A stretch of DNA of 64,000 nucleotides from Acidobacteriota bacterium (GCA_029263355.1 JAJCXQ010000686.1:177-64176); one strand, 5' to 3'. Positions 29,533 to 40,057 are shown, numbered from the stretch's first letter. Program-made: numbers and translations. The notes: generated by a model not told the origin, from the letters alone.

Positions 29533-29565
29533 CGTGCCAGATCGTATCGGTACTGGGGCCGTTTG

Positions 29566-30648
29566 TCAGAGCGATCTAACCCTATTTTCGAACTGAGTCA
29601 GGAGCTCCGGGTCGAGTTCGAGGTTGGTGAGTAGCTTGAGCGCCAGCTCTGCGCCGTTGCGGTCACCTCCAGCCAAGAACCGTTCGAGGGTGGCAATACC
29701 CTCTTCCAAACTCTGCTGCCGCCGCTGAACGGCCTCGTGCTCGTTGACCTGGCTGAAGAGTGCGGCGCCGCGCGGGCTGGTTGGAAACCGTTGACTGTAG
29801 CGCTGGGCCACCTCGCGTGCCGTTGGCCACTCACCCGCCGCCAGGTGGTGTTCGAACTCGGCGATAAAAAGCCTCGAGTCCGCTTCGTCGCGCACCCGCT
29901 CGCGGTGATCCACCAGCCGCTTGCGCAGAAAGTCGATGGTGACTTTTGGAATGTCCATCTGGCCGAGCTGCTCCATCTGCTGCTCGGCGGCATCGAGCTC
30001 ACCCCGAGCCAACAGCTCCTCGAGGCGCTGCTTTGAGCGATCGATATCCGCGCTCCTGGCCTGGCCTTGCTGAGCCTGCGCCAGTTCTGCCGCGAGTTGC
30101 TCCGTGGCACGTGAGGCCGGATCAACTTTGTTCAACGTCTCGAGGTGCTTCGTCGCTTTGGCGAAATCCTCGTTGATCACAGCCGTCCGCCCGGCCGCTA
30201 GCAGCTCATCGGCGCGGCGCTGGAGATCCACTTCTTGATCGAGATCCGCCACCCAAGTCGTGTAGTCGCTACGCCGTGGATGGTTCGGCGCCAACTCGAT
30301 CAAGGTCGTCAACGCCAGCTTGGCCAGCGGCTTTTTGCGCTGTTGGATGTAGCGGGTCAGCATCTCTTCGGTCGCCCTCAGGTTGGCCTGCAGCTTCTCG
30401 ACGTGAGCCGCAGCCTCGACCCGCTGCCGAAACAGGTCCAACCCTACCAGGCGAGGCGCTTTAGTCGTGAGCTGTTTGAGAACCCGTTGCGCTTGGTCGA
30501 GTTGCCCGTCCTTGAGCGCTTGCTCGCCGCGTTGCAGAATCCGCTCGGACGAAACAGTCCGGCTCGACTGCCGCTCGAGTTGCGCCAGAAGCTCCTTGCG
30601 TTCCTCCTTGGTCAAGCGAACGCCGCTCTTGCGTTGACCCTCCGACAC
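29566..30648 (-). CDS. Hypothetical alpha-helical/coiled-coil (TPR-like) protein
   Basis: Helical repeat composition (LAAELAQAQQGQARSADIDRSKQRLEELLARGELDAAEQQMEQLGQ). Confidence 0.45.
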   Translation of the reverse strand: MSEGQRKSGVRLTKEERKELLAQLERQSSRTVSSERILQRGEQALKDGQLDQAQRVLKQLTTKAPRLVGLDLFRQRVEAAAHVEKLQANLRATEEMLTRYIQQRKKPLAKLALTTLIELAPNHPRRSDYTTWVADLDQEVDLQRRADELLAAGRTAVINEDFAKATKHLETLNKVDPASRATEQLAAELAQAQQGQARSADIDRSKQRLEELLARGELDAAEQQMEQLGQMDIPKVTIDFLRKRLVDHRERVRDEADSRLFIAEFEHHLAAGEWPTAREVAQRYSQRFPTSPRGAALFSQVNEHEAVQRRQQSLEEGIATLERFLAGGDRNGAELALKLLTNLELDPELLTQFENRVRSL

Positions 30649-30844
30649 GCCCTTGTGACCTCCTCCGTGCCATAACTCTTGTGCTCAACAGCACACGTTA
30701 CCCTCGACGATCCACCATTGTAGGACAGACAGAGGCTTTGTAGGACAAGCGCAGGCGTTTCGCCCCTTCTGGATGCTTCACTCGTCGCTCTCCAGCACTC
30801 GAATTCCGATGTGGACACACCTCTCCTGTTAGCATTCCAAGCTT

Positions 30845-31978
30845 GTGAAGCGTTACCTCCCGCCAGTGCTGCTGGTCGTCGTCATCGTACTCGCCGCCCC
30901 ATTCATGGGGGTGATTCGCGACGTCCTCTTCGATCGTTTCGAGTCCACGACGATCCGCTATCTGGCGCGGTTTCTGATTCTGCTCGCCAGCGCCGCCTTC
31001 ATCTTCGCTCTGACGCGTATTCGCGAACACCGCGGATGGCGCTATGCGGGGCTTGCCGGGACGGCCGGCCTGTTGTGGATCGAGAGTGCCTACCTGAGCG
31101 CTCCGATCTCCGGCGGCGGTATCGCGGCGCGGGTCAGCGTAGCGGAGAAAATTCACCTGGTGGAATACGGCCTGTTAGCCCTCCTGCTCTATCTTGCCTG
31201 CAGACCGGCTGGCGATATTTCCATGCTGATTCTGCCGCTGCTTTGGGTGACCTTCGCCGGCGTGCTGGACGAGAGCATGCAATGGTGGGTGGCGACCCGG
31301 ACCGGAGATATCGACGATATTTTTCTCAATGTCTACGCTGGCCTTTGCGGTGTTCTTTTCAGCCTTGCTCTCGATCCGCCCAAGAGGATGCGATGGCGAC
31401 TCTCCCCAGCCAGTCGCCAGCACGTCACCGTCAGCGCGATGCTCGCCGTCGCCAGCCTCGGCTTATTCTTCGACACCGCCCACCTCGGTTACGAGCATCA
31501 CGATCCGGCCATCGGGCGCTTCCGTTCATGGCACACCGCAGATGAGCTGAGAGCCGCAGCAGCTGACCGGGCAATCCGTTGGCGCGTCGATCCTCCGACC
31601 GATCCCTCACCCTGGAAGGGGGAGGATCGCTATCTCGCCGAAGCGGGCTGGCACGCTGGCCATCGCAACGAGCGCTACGACGCTGGCGACATGTACCTAG
31701 CCGCCCAGGCCAACCGTATCCTCGAGACCTACTTCGGGCCCTACCTCGACCTCGAGTTTTTCCGTGGAAGCGGCAAACAACGGTACCCTCCCGAGATCCG
31801 CCGCGAGCTCGAAGCCAAGGCGCCCGTCCGCGATCCAGTCAACTATCTGAGCCCGGTGCTCATCGAGCGCATTTATCCCTGGCCTTCGAGGCGGCAATAC
31901 TACGCTGCTCTGGTGGCAGTGTTGCTTTTGATCTGGGTGGTGCCGCGATGGCTGTGGGGAAGGCGCCAAGCACCCTGA
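30845..31978 (+). CDS. VanZ-like family membrane protein with C-terminal extension
   Basis: N-terminal ~160 aa with 4 TM and VLDESMQWWVATRTGDIDDIFLNVYAGLCGVLFSL matching VanZ (PF04892) signature. Confidence 0.7.
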   Translation: MKRYLPPVLLVVVIVLAAPFMGVIRDVLFDRFESTTIRYLARFLILLASAAFIFALTRIREHRGWRYAGLAGTAGLLWIESAYLSAPISGGGIAARVSVAEKIHLVEYGLLALLLYLACRPAGDISMLILPLLWVTFAGVLDESMQWWVATRTGDIDDIFLNVYAGLCGVLFSLALDPPKRMRWRLSPASRQHVTVSAMLAVASLGLFFDTAHLGYEHHDPAIGRFRSWHTADELRAAAADRAIRWRVDPPTDPSPWKGEDRYLAEAGWHAGHRNERYDAGDMYLAAQANRILETYFGPYLDLEFFRGSGKQRYPPEIRRELEAKAPVRDPVNYLSPVLIERIYPWPSRRQYYAALVAVLLLIWVVPRWLWGRRQAP

Positions 31979-32050
31979 ACTGCGGGTTCTCGATTTCGCT
32001 CCGATGACATTTTGTGGCATCCTCGGGCGCGTCACTTGGAGGAGCCTACG

Positions 32051-34300
32051 ATGACGAATAAAGCGGCTACGGCGCCGGTCGGCGCCGCATCACAGGGGTT
32101 GGGCTTTGGGACAGCGCCGGTCTTCCTGGCGTCGATCAGCACCATTTTGGGCGCTATTCTCTTTCTGCGTTTCGGCTATGCGGTAGGCAGTGTCGGCGTA
32201 TTGGGAGCGTTGCTGATCATTGTCCTCGGACACTTGGTCACGATTCCGACATCCCTAGCCATCGCCGAGATCGCCACCAATCGCCGCGTCGAAGGCGGTG
32301 GCGAGTACTTCATTATTTCGCGCTCCTTTGGCACTACCATCGGTGGCGCCATTGGCCTCGCTCTTTACATGTCTCAAGCGGTATCGGTGGCCTTCTACAT
32401 GATCGCCTTCGCCGAGGCGTTCCGTCCCCTCGAAGGGTGGATCGAGAGCCAACTGGGTCAGCCTTTCGACCCGCGCATGGTGTCGGTGCCCGGCACCCTG
32501 CTGCTGATCTTGTTGATGGTGACCCGTGGCGCCGCTCTCGGCGTCAAAGCGCTGTGGGTGGTCGCCATCGTGCTTGGTTCGTCTCTGTTGTTGTTCTTTT
32601 TGGGATTGCCCCTCGAAGGCGCTGACCCCGGCCTCGACCTAATGAATCCAGTCGCCAATGCCGACCCTTTCATGCTGGTGTTCGCGATCGTCTTCCCGGC
32701 CTTCACCGGGATGACCGCCGGTGTTGGACTCTCGGGTGACTTGGCCAACCCACGCACCTCGATTCCCCGCGGCATCCTCTCCGCCACTCTCGCTGGCATG
32801 GCGATCTACGTCGCCATCGCCTTCAAGTTGGCGAGCGCTGCACCCCCCGAGATCTTGGCCACCGACCAGCTGGTGATGGCGCGCATCGCCCTATGGGGAC
32901 CGATCATTCCCATCGGGTTGGCCTGCGCGTGCATCTCGTCAGCGATCGGCTCGATCCTGGTGGCTCCGCGTACCTTGCAGGCTTTGGCCAGCGACCGCGT
33001 GGTTCCGGCCGAACGCATCAACAGCATGCTGGCGGCCGGCGTCGGTGAAGCCAATGAGCCGCGCAACGCCACCTTGCTCACTGCCGTCTTCGCGTTCGTC
33101 ACCGTCGCCCTCGGCAATGTCGACTTCGTCGCCCGGATCATTTCCATGTTCTTCATGGTGACTTACGGCTCGCTGTGTGCGATCAGCTTCCTGGAACACT
33201 TCGCCGCTCGTCCGAGCTATCGACCGAGCTTTCGCTCCAAGTGGTATATCAGTCTGGTCGGCGCGTTCACTTGCCTGTTTTTGATGTTCCAGATGGACCC
33301 GCTTTACGCTCTGCTGGCGATCGTCGCCATGTTGGCGCTGTACACGTTGATTCGGGCCAGCAAAAAAGGTGGAGCGGACGACCTCGGGGTGATCATCCAG
33401 GGGGTCATGACCCAAGCCACCCGTTTCCTGCAGGTCAAACTACAAAAGAAGACACCGAGCTCACGTGAAGAGTGGCGACCCTCGATCATCATGGTCAACG
33501 GTCGCACCTTCGATCGCAAGTCTCCGCTGCAGTTCCTGAGCTGGCTCTGCGACCGCTACGCCGTCGGCACCTACCTACATTTCATACCCGGCCAGCTCAA
33601 CCGCGAGACTTTCTCGGACGGTCGCCGCAAGCTCTCCGAGCTGATCGACTCGATGCAGATCGACCGCAGCAACCTCTTCGTCGAGACCATGATCAGTCCA
33701 TCGATGCGCTCCGCTCTCGCCCAGAGCTTGCAAGTGCCAGGGATCTCTGGAGTAGAGAACAACACTGCTCTATTCGAGTTCTCCCAACACGACCCCGAGG
33801 AGGTCCTCGAAGAGGTCAAGGACGGCTGCCACATGGCCTGGGGCACCGCCATGGACACTCTTGTGTTGCGCCACGGCGACCACTTCTTCGGCCATCGTCG
33901 CCGCGTCCACCTATGGCTCACCTGGCACGATGACCGCAACGCCAACCTGATGATCCTCCTTGCCTACATCCTGCTTGGCCATCAAGACTGGCACGACGCC
34001 GAGATCAGCGTCTTCGCCGCTTATCCCAAGGAACGGGTCAAGGCGGAGAGCGCCAAGCTGCTCGAGATGGCGCAGACGGGTCGAGTTTCGATCAGCCCAC
34101 GCAACCTCACCGTCATCGCCACCGACGACCGGGGTAACTTCGATGAACTGGTCGCTAAGCGTTCAGCCAAAGCCGATTTGGTGATCCGCGGCTTCGTCGA
34201 AGAGAAGCTCCGTGATCATGGCTGCAAATTCTTCGAGCGCCACCCCGAGCTGAAAGACGTCCTCTTCGTCGCTGCCCGCCAGCGCATCGAGATCGATTAA
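32051..34300 (+). CDS. Cation-chloride cotransporter (SLC12/CCC family, APC superfamily) homolog with C-terminal cytoplasmic domain
   Basis: LGFGTAPVFLASISTILGAILFLRFGYAVGSVG matches SLC12 signature (GTF.GV..P....I.G.ILFLR..W.VG.AG); 12-TM APC core plus ~300-aa C-terminal soluble domain; start at MTNKAAT with GGAG RBS. Confidence 0.8.
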   Translation: MTNKAATAPVGAASQGLGFGTAPVFLASISTILGAILFLRFGYAVGSVGVLGALLIIVLGHLVTIPTSLAIAEIATNRRVEGGGEYFIISRSFGTTIGGAIGLALYMSQAVSVAFYMIAFAEAFRPLEGWIESQLGQPFDPRMVSVPGTLLLILLMVTRGAALGVKALWVVAIVLGSSLLLFFLGLPLEGADPGLDLMNPVANADPFMLVFAIVFPAFTGMTAGVGLSGDLANPRTSIPRGILSATLAGMAIYVAIAFKLASAAPPEILATDQLVMARIALWGPIIPIGLACACISSAIGSILVAPRTLQALASDRVVPAERINSMLAAGVGEANEPRNATLLTAVFAFVTVALGNVDFVARIISMFFMVTYGSLCAISFLEHFAARPSYRPSFRSKWYISLVGAFTCLFLMFQMDPLYALLAIVAMLALYTLIRASKKGGADDLGVIIQGVMTQATRFLQVKLQKKTPSSREEWRPSIIMVNGRTFDRKSPLQFLSWLCDRYAVGTYLHFIPGQLNRETFSDGRRKLSELIDSMQIDRSNLFVETMISPSMRSALAQSLQVPGISGVENNTALFEFSQHDPEEVLEEVKDGCHMAWGTAMDTLVLRHGDHFFGHRRRVHLWLTWHDDRNANLMILLAYILLGHQDWHDAEISVFAAYPKERVKAESAKLLEMAQTGRVSISPRNLTVIATDDRGNFDELVAKRSAKADLVIRGFVEEKLRDHGCKFFERHPELKDVLFVAARQRIEID

Positions 34301-34317
34301 CAGGCCAAGACTCGAAT

Positions 34318-34674
34318 CTAACCGTCGAGCTTCGCGTCCAGGTACTCGACGAGGGCTGCAGCGTTGGAAATACGCTCAGCCCTGGCGCCAAAGAGCAGGG
34401 TGACCGGACCTGCTTTGACACGGTCGACGAGATCTGCGATCGCCTCGGGCTGGGCGTCGAGCTCGAGAAAGTAGCGGGCTTTGAATTCCGACCACTTGGC
34501 GGGATCGTGCTGGAACCAGCGGCGTAGCTCAGTGCTGGGGGCGATGTCTTTGAGCCAGATATCAAATTGGACCTGGTCTTTCCTGAGACCGCGAGGCCAC
34601 AGTCGGTCGATCAACACCCTATAGCCCTCATCGTTCATCGGTGGTTCGTAAACTCGGCGAATATTGATCGTCAT
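34318..34674 (-). CDS. DUF488 family protein
   Basis: RVYEPP..DGYRVLIDRLWPRGLRKDQ...DIWLKDIAPSTELRRWFQHDPAKWSEF typical of DUF488. Confidence 0.8.
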   Translation of the reverse strand: MTINIRRVYEPPMNDEGYRVLIDRLWPRGLRKDQVQFDIWLKDIAPSTELRRWFQHDPAKWSEFKARYFLELDAQPEAIADLVDRVKAGPVTLLFGARAERISNAAALVEYLDAKLDG

Positions 34675-34778
34675 CGTGGGCTTCCTGGGTGCTGTAACAA
34701 AGGCTGTGACAGAGGCTGTAACGCCGACAGGTGCAATGACATCCTACTAGGCGTTCAACCGACACAAGGAGAGAGTTC

Positions 34779-35972
34779 ATGGCTGACGACAAGCTTGAGT
34801 TGTACGGCGCCAACTGGTGTGGCGATTGCCGACGGGCGAAGAAATTCCTGGGCGAGCAGCGAATCCACTACGATTGGCTCGACATCACCGACAATGACGA
34901 GGCGATCGCTTTCGTCGAGAGCGTGAATGACGGCAAGCGCCGCATCCCCACCATCGTGCTGCCGGACGATCGGGTGTTGTCGAACCCTTCCAACGCCGAA
35001 TTGGCGGCCGCCTTGGGACTGCGCACTCAGGCGAAGATGAACTACTACGACACGATCATCGTCGGCAGCGGGCCGGCGGGTCTCACTGCGGCGCTATACC
35101 TAGCACGCGAAGGATTCGAAGTGCTGGTGATCGAGAAGAGCGGCCTCGGCGGCCAGACCGGAATCACCGACCGCCTGGACAACTTCCCGGGATTTCCCGA
35201 GGGCATCACCGGTGGCGAATTCGCCGACCGATTGGTGCAGCAGGCGAAACGCTTCGGCGTCGAGATCTTACAAGCTCAAGCGGTCACTGGCCTGCGGCCC
35301 GAGGCCGAGTCGCGTTATGTCACTACCTCCGACGGCCAGGAGTACGGAGCACGAGCAGTGGTGATCGCCACCGGCTCGACCTACAAGCGGCTCGAGGTCC
35401 CTGGCGAAGAAGAGCTGCTCGGCGCTGGGGTGCATTTCTGCGCCACCTGCGATGGCCCGTTCTACCGCGGTGAGCACGTCGCCGTGGTGGGCGGCGGCGC
35501 TAGCGCTGCCGAGGAGAGCTTGTTCCTGACCCGATTCGTCGATCAGGTGACCCTGCTGGTCCGCGGCGACACCCTCAAGGCTGCACCAGTGGTGATCGAC
35601 AAAGTCCATGAGAACAACAAGATCGAGGTGCGCTACAACACCAGCGTGCGGGAATTGCAGGGCGCCAACAAGCTCGAGGGATTGATCGTCGGCGCGACGG
35701 ATGGCGATGCGACCGTTAACGGTGCAGAGACCCTGAACCCGGCGGCGGTATTCCTCTTCGTCGGGTTGTCACCCAATAGCGGTTGGCTACCGGACAACAT
35801 AGAGCGCAACGATCACGGTTTTTTATGCACCGACAAGACGCTGCAAACCACGACCCCTGGTGTCTTCGCCGCGGGTGACGTGCGCCACGGCGCAACCAAC
35901 CAAGCCGCCAGCGCAGCTGGCGAAGGGGCTACGGTCGCCTTGATGGTGCGGGAATATCTAAAAGAGGCTTAA
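34779..35972 (+). CDS. trxB: Glutaredoxin-like domain fused to thioredoxin-disulfide reductase
   Basis: N-term LELYGANWCGDCRRAKKFL (CxxC Grx/NrdH-like) then TrxR body (IIVGSGPAGLTAALY..., CATCDGPFY active site, VVGGGASAAEE NADPH site). Confidence 0.88.
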   Translation: MADDKLELYGANWCGDCRRAKKFLGEQRIHYDWLDITDNDEAIAFVESVNDGKRRIPTIVLPDDRVLSNPSNAELAAALGLRTQAKMNYYDTIIVGSGPAGLTAALYLAREGFEVLVIEKSGLGGQTGITDRLDNFPGFPEGITGGEFADRLVQQAKRFGVEILQAQAVTGLRPEAESRYVTTSDGQEYGARAVVIATGSTYKRLEVPGEEELLGAGVHFCATCDGPFYRGEHVAVVGGGASAAEESLFLTRFVDQVTLLVRGDTLKAAPVVIDKVHENNKIEVRYNTSVRELQGANKLEGLIVGATDGDATVNGAETLNPAAVFLFVGLSPNSGWLPDNIERNDHGFLCTDKTLQTTTPGVFAAGDVRHGATNQAASAAGEGATVALMVREYLKEA

Positions 35973-35986
35973 ACCGATCAAATATC

Positions 35987-36064
35987 CACGGGCCTAAAGG
36001 CCCGTGCTATCGAGGACGCCGGCTTCAGCCGGCGTCGTTCATAGCCCGGGGATTTATCCCCGGG
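35987..36064. terminator. Three consecutive GC-rich hairpins between convergent genes (probable bidirectional terminators/REP-like)
   Basis: CACGGGCC-taaa-GGCCCGTG (35987..36006); GACGCCGGC-ttca-GCCGGCGTC (36014..36035); CCCGGGGA-ttta-TCCCCGGG (36045..36064). Confidence 0.6.
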
Positions 36065-36070
36065 GTTCGG

Positions 36071-37009
36071 CTACTTAGACTCGGCAGCAGCCTTCTTGGC
36101 CGCCTCGATCAACGGCTCGAAGGCCGCCAACGGCTGCGCACCGTTCACGAAACGGCCGTTGACGAAAAAGCCCGGGGTACCGGAGACGCCACGCTTGCCG
36201 CCATTGGCCATCGACAAATCCACCGCCGCCAAAGCTTCCTTGTACTCGGCAGACTCTTTGTCCTCCGCGCACGTGGTGTACTTGGCCATGTCGATACCGC
36301 TGTTGGCCAGGTACTCTTTGCTCTTTTCGAGCACGTTGTCAGGAGTCAATGCCTTCTGATTCTCGAAGTAGCTGTCGTGCAGGCTCCAGAACGCGTCGCC
36401 GTTCTGCAGGCCGACACAGTGTGCGGCGATCGCGGCAGGTTTGGCCCACGGGTGGACGCTCAGCGGGACGTGCTGGAAGACCACTTTGACGTCCTCCGGG
36501 TACTTCTCGAGGATCTCTTCGATGGTCGCGGCGCCGCGGGAGCAGTAGGGGCACTGGAAGTCAGAGTACTCGACGATCGTCACCGGCGCGTCAGCGTTAC
36601 CGCGAAATGGCAGGCCAGCGACCTCGGCCTCAATCTCTTTGGCGAGCTCAGCAGCTTTGACGGCCGCCTCGGCCTCTTGCTTCTCGGCCTCGACCTGGAG
36701 CTCGCCAGCGTCGCGGCTGACATCGATCGGGTCGGAAATCATGAACAGCGCCGTGTTGTCGCTCGACACCAAGAACTTCTGGGTCTGACGGTTGCTGATC
36801 GTGAAGCTGCCACGGTCGAGGTCGCCATAACCGGAGGCTTCGAGATCAGCCATGGTGATGGGGGCTTGCTTGAGCTGCGGGAACTTCGATTGCAGATTGG
36901 CGAGGATCTGCTGCTTGCGCTCCTCGCTGTTGTCGGTGTCGGCAAAAGCTACCGCACTGAGACCCAGGCAGAGGATCGTCAAAAGCAACAAAGTGGACAC
37001 TTTTTTCAT
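36071..37009 (-). CDS. Secreted DsbA-family thiol:disulfide oxidoreductase (with N-terminal extra domain)
   Basis: Signal peptide MKKVSTLLLLTILCLGLSAVAFA; thioredoxin-fold active site EYSDFQCPYCSRG; DsbA-like C-terminal region. Confidence 0.85.
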   Translation of the reverse strand: MKKVSTLLLLTILCLGLSAVAFADTDNSEERKQQILANLQSKFPQLKQAPITMADLEASGYGDLDRGSFTISNRQTQKFLVSSDNTALFMISDPIDVSRDAGELQVEAEKQEAEAAVKAAELAKEIEAEVAGLPFRGNADAPVTIVEYSDFQCPYCSRGAATIEEILEKYPEDVKVVFQHVPLSVHPWAKPAAIAAHCVGLQNGDAFWSLHDSYFENQKALTPDNVLEKSKEYLANSGIDMAKYTTCAEDKESAEYKEALAAVDLSMANGGKRGVSGTPGFFVNGRFVNGAQPLAAFEPLIEAAKKAAAESK

Positions 37010-37254
37010 GTTTGAGCTCCTTTCGGGAGTGTGAAGGGGCGGAATCTTGATGGCAGATGGATCGCCTGCCGGGCTGAGTCTTGATTGGGCCGCGAGGTAG
37101 GGCTAGCGGCGCTAGGGGCGCTCATTCGCACGGAATTTCGCGACATGCGCGGCGCCTTCCTGGCCGGATCGGTTGCAAAGCATAGACCAAACCCCTGGCT
37201 GGGGCCTAGAGAACCTCGCTCCGGCGGGTAAAAAACCCGTAAAAGGGCACCTCG

Positions 37255-38676
37255 TCAGAAGTTGATCGTACGTTTGTCGACGGCCAACGCCGCCTCTTTG
37301 AGGGCCTCCGCGAGGGTGGGGTGAGCGTGGACGGAACGGGCGATATCTTCGCTCGAGGCGCCAAACTCTATCGCCACCGCCGCCTCAGCGATCAAGTCTC
37401 CGGCCCGCGGCCCAATGATGTGGACCCCGAGCACACGATCGGTCTCGGCGTCGGCGAGGACTTTGACCTGACCTTCAGTTTGATTCAAGGCCTTGGCCCG
37501 GCCGTTGGCCGAGAACGGGAACTTACCCTTGCGGTATTTGATACCGGCTTCTTTGAGCTGTTCCTCGCTCTTGCCGACGGTGGCGATCTCTGGATGGGTG
37601 TAGACGATACCCGGGATAGCATCGTAGTTGACGTGGCCGAACCCGGTGGCCAAGAACTCAGCACACGCCACCCCCTCGTGTTCGGCCTTGTGCGCCAACA
37701 TCGGCCCGGCGATAACGTCTCCGAGGGCGTAGACACCCGCGGCAGAGGTTTGGAAGTGCTCGTCGACTGGAATGCGACCCCGCTCGTCGAGCTCGACACC
37801 CACCGACGCCAACCCGAGGTCGTTGGTGTAAGGACGACGGCCGACGGCAACCAGCACTCGGTCGCACTCGATCGGTTCCATACCTTCAGCTTCAACGACA
37901 CAGCCCTCACCGACAACAACTCGCGCGCCGGTGACCCGGGTGCCGAGGCGAAACTCGATGCCCTGCTTCTTGAAGATCTGACGGGCACGTTTGGCGGTAT
38001 CGGCATCCATGCCTGGCAGGATACGGTCGAGATACTCGAGCACCGTGACCTTGGCGCCCAACCGGGCCCACACCGAGCCGAGCTCGAGACCGATGTAGCC
38101 GGCTCCAATCACCACCAGATGCTCCGGAACCTCCGGATAGGACAACGCCTCGGTGGACGAGCCGATGCGATCCCAGTCCATCTCGACCCCCGGAAGGGTC
38201 GCAACCTCGGAGCCAGTGGCCAAAATGACATGTTTGGCGAGCAATTTGACCACCGTCTCAGTGTTCCCCGCTTCGTCGGCCCCGCCTTCCGACTCGACGA
38301 TCACACTTCCCGGACCCTCGAGGCGTCCATGACCCCTGTAGCGGGTGATTTTGTTCTTCTTGAACAGACCCGCCACTCCACCAGTGAGGGCAGTAACGAT
38401 GTTGTCCTTGTGCTGCAGCATGGCGCCGAGGTCGAATCCGACCCCTTCGACGGTGACGCCGAAGGCTGCCAAGCCATGTTTGGTCTCCTCGTAACGCTCG
38501 CTCGCTTCCAACAGGGCCTTCGTAGGGATGCAGCCGTCTCGCAGGCAGGTCCCTCCGAGCGCCGGTTCCTTCTCGACGCAAGCGGTGTCCAGGCCCAACT
38601 GGGCGGCGCGGATTGCGGCGACATAACCACCGGGACCCGAGCCGATAATCACTAGATCGTGCTCGTGCTCTTCCAT
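37255..38676 (-). CDS. lpd: Dihydrolipoyl dehydrogenase (E3)
   Basis: DLVIIGSGPGGYVAAIRAAQLG, GGTCLRDGCIPTK redox-active disulfide, NAD site VVIGAGYIGLE, C-terminal HAHPTLAE. Confidence 0.93.
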   Translation of the reverse strand: MEEHEHDLVIIGSGPGGYVAAIRAAQLGLDTACVEKEPALGGTCLRDGCIPTKALLEASERYEETKHGLAAFGVTVEGVGFDLGAMLQHKDNIVTALTGGVAGLFKKNKITRYRGHGRLEGPGSVIVESEGGADEAGNTETVVKLLAKHVILATGSEVATLPGVEMDWDRIGSSTEALSYPEVPEHLVVIGAGYIGLELGSVWARLGAKVTVLEYLDRILPGMDADTAKRARQIFKKQGIEFRLGTRVTGARVVVGEGCVVEAEGMEPIECDRVLVAVGRRPYTNDLGLASVGVELDERGRIPVDEHFQTSAAGVYALGDVIAGPMLAHKAEHEGVACAEFLATGFGHVNYDAIPGIVYTHPEIATVGKSEEQLKEAGIKYRKGKFPFSANGRAKALNQTEGQVKVLADAETDRVLGVHIIGPRAGDLIAEAAVAIEFGASSEDIARSVHAHPTLAEALKEAALAVDKRTINF

Positions 38677-38731
38677 ACGTCCTCGAATTCGGTTTCTGGC
38701 TTCGGGCCAAGAGGCGCCGAGGCCGAGATGA

Positions 38732-40057
38732 TCAGATTTCCAGCAAGATCCGCGTTGGATCCTCCAAACGCTCCTTCACGCGGATCAGAAACGTCACCGC
38801 CTCGCGACCGTCGACCAAGCGATGATCGTAGGTCAGAGCGAGGTACATCATCGGCCGAATCACCACCTCACCATCAACCGCCACCGGACGATCCTGGATT
38901 TTGTGCATCCCGAGGATGCCGCTCTGAGGCGGATTGACGATCGGCGTCGACAGCAAAGAACCGTAGATGCCGCCATTCGAGATCGTGAAGGTGCCGCCTT
39001 GCAATTCTTCGAGTTTGAGCTTGCCGTCCCGCGCCCGAACCGCGTAGTCAGCGATGGTCTTCTCGACCTCGGCGAAGCTCAGACGCTCAGCATTGCGGAT
39101 GATGGGCACCACCAATCCCTTGCCGCCACCGACCGCGATCCCAATGTCCTGATAGTTGCGGTAGACGATCTCGTTGCCCCGCACCTCGGCGTTGACTTGC
39201 GGCACGTCTTTCAGCGCCTCGACCACCGCCTTGACGAAAAACGACATGAAGCCGACCTTGATGCCGTATTTGGCGATAAAGGTCTCTTGATACTCCTTGC
39301 GCAGCGCCTTGATGCTCGACATGTCGACTTCGTTGAAGGTGGTGAGCAACGCCGCCGTTTGCTGAGCCTCGACCAAACGCTCGGCCACTCGGCGACGCAA
39401 TGGCGTCATACGCACAACCTCTTCTTGTCGTGAGCCGGCGCCTGGCGCGGAAGGGGCGGCAGGCACAGGCGGTTTGGCAGCTGGAGCAGACGCGGCAGCT
39501 GGAGCAGACGCGGCGGCAGGAGCAGTCGCGGCAGGCGTAGCACGGTGGCGTAAGACGTCCTCTTTCAACAGCCTGCCGCCGGGCCCCGTCGCCGTCACCT
39601 CGGAGGCATCGAGTCCTCTCTCCGCCAATGCCCGACGCGCCGCTGGCATGATGCGCTGGTCGCCGTCGAAGGTCTCGTCGCGAGCGGCGCCTTCTGGCGC
39701 CGAAGTCCCTGCCGAAGCATCTGTCGTTGACTCCGCTGGCTCCTCTGTTGCCGAAGGCTCCTCTGTCGCCGCGGGCTCCGCCAGCTCCGCCGGCTCCGCT
39801 GGCGCGTCGCCAGGCTTCTCGCCCGCTTCCATCAGACCGACGATATCGCCGACTTCGGCGTCGTCACCTTCCTTCTTGAGGATCTGCTTCAGGACGCCAC
39901 TCTCGGGCGCCGGCAGCTCGACGTTGACCTTGTCGGTTTCGATAATCACCAACGGCTCGTCCTCGGCGACCCAATCGCCCTCGGCCTTGAGCCACTCGCC
40001 GATCATCACCTCGGTGATCGACTCCCCCACCGTCGGAATTTTCAACTCGATCGCCAT
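38732..40057 (-). CDS. 2-oxoacid dehydrogenase E2 (dihydrolipoamide acyltransferase; SucB/BkdB-like)
   Basis: Lipoyl domain ([18 protein letters not shown]), Ala/Pro linker, E3-binding domain ([32 protein letters not shown]), catalytic domain with DHRLVDG; start at MAIELKIP. Confidence 0.9.
   Translation of the reverse strand: MAIELKIPTVGESITEVMIGEWLKAEGDWVAEDEPLVIIETDKVNVELPAPESGVLKQILKKEGDDAEVGDIVGLMEAGEKPGDAPAEPAELAEPAATEEPSATEEPAESTTDASAGTSAPEGAARDETFDGDQRIMPAARRALAERGLDASEVTATGPGGRLLKEDVLRHRATPAATAPAAASAPAAASAPAAKPPVPAAPSAPGAGSRQEEVVRMTPLRRRVAERLVEAQQTAALLTTFNEVDMSSIKALRKEYQETFIAKYGIKVGFMSFFVKAVVEALKDVPQVNAEVRGNEIVYRNYQDIGIAVGGGKGLVVPIIRNAERLSFAEVEKTIADYAVRARDGKLKLEELQGGTFTISNGGIYGSLLSTPIVNPPQSGILGMHKIQDRPVAVDGEVVIRPMMYLALTYDHRLVDGREAVTFLIRVKERLEDPTRILLEI

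Noticed and set aside
36096-36359. Plus-strand 87-aa ORF and other short ORFs inside the DsbA-like gene
   Set aside because: Antisense to a CDS with clear thioredoxin-fold active site. No supporting signals.
37321-38655. 444-aa plus-strand ORF antisense to lpd; also 39474..40247+ antisense to E2, 54168..55253- antisense to rfbF, 8866..9753+ inside the nucleotidyltransferase gene
   Set aside because: They overlap confidently assigned housekeeping genes on the opposite strand or another frame, and have no family resemblance.
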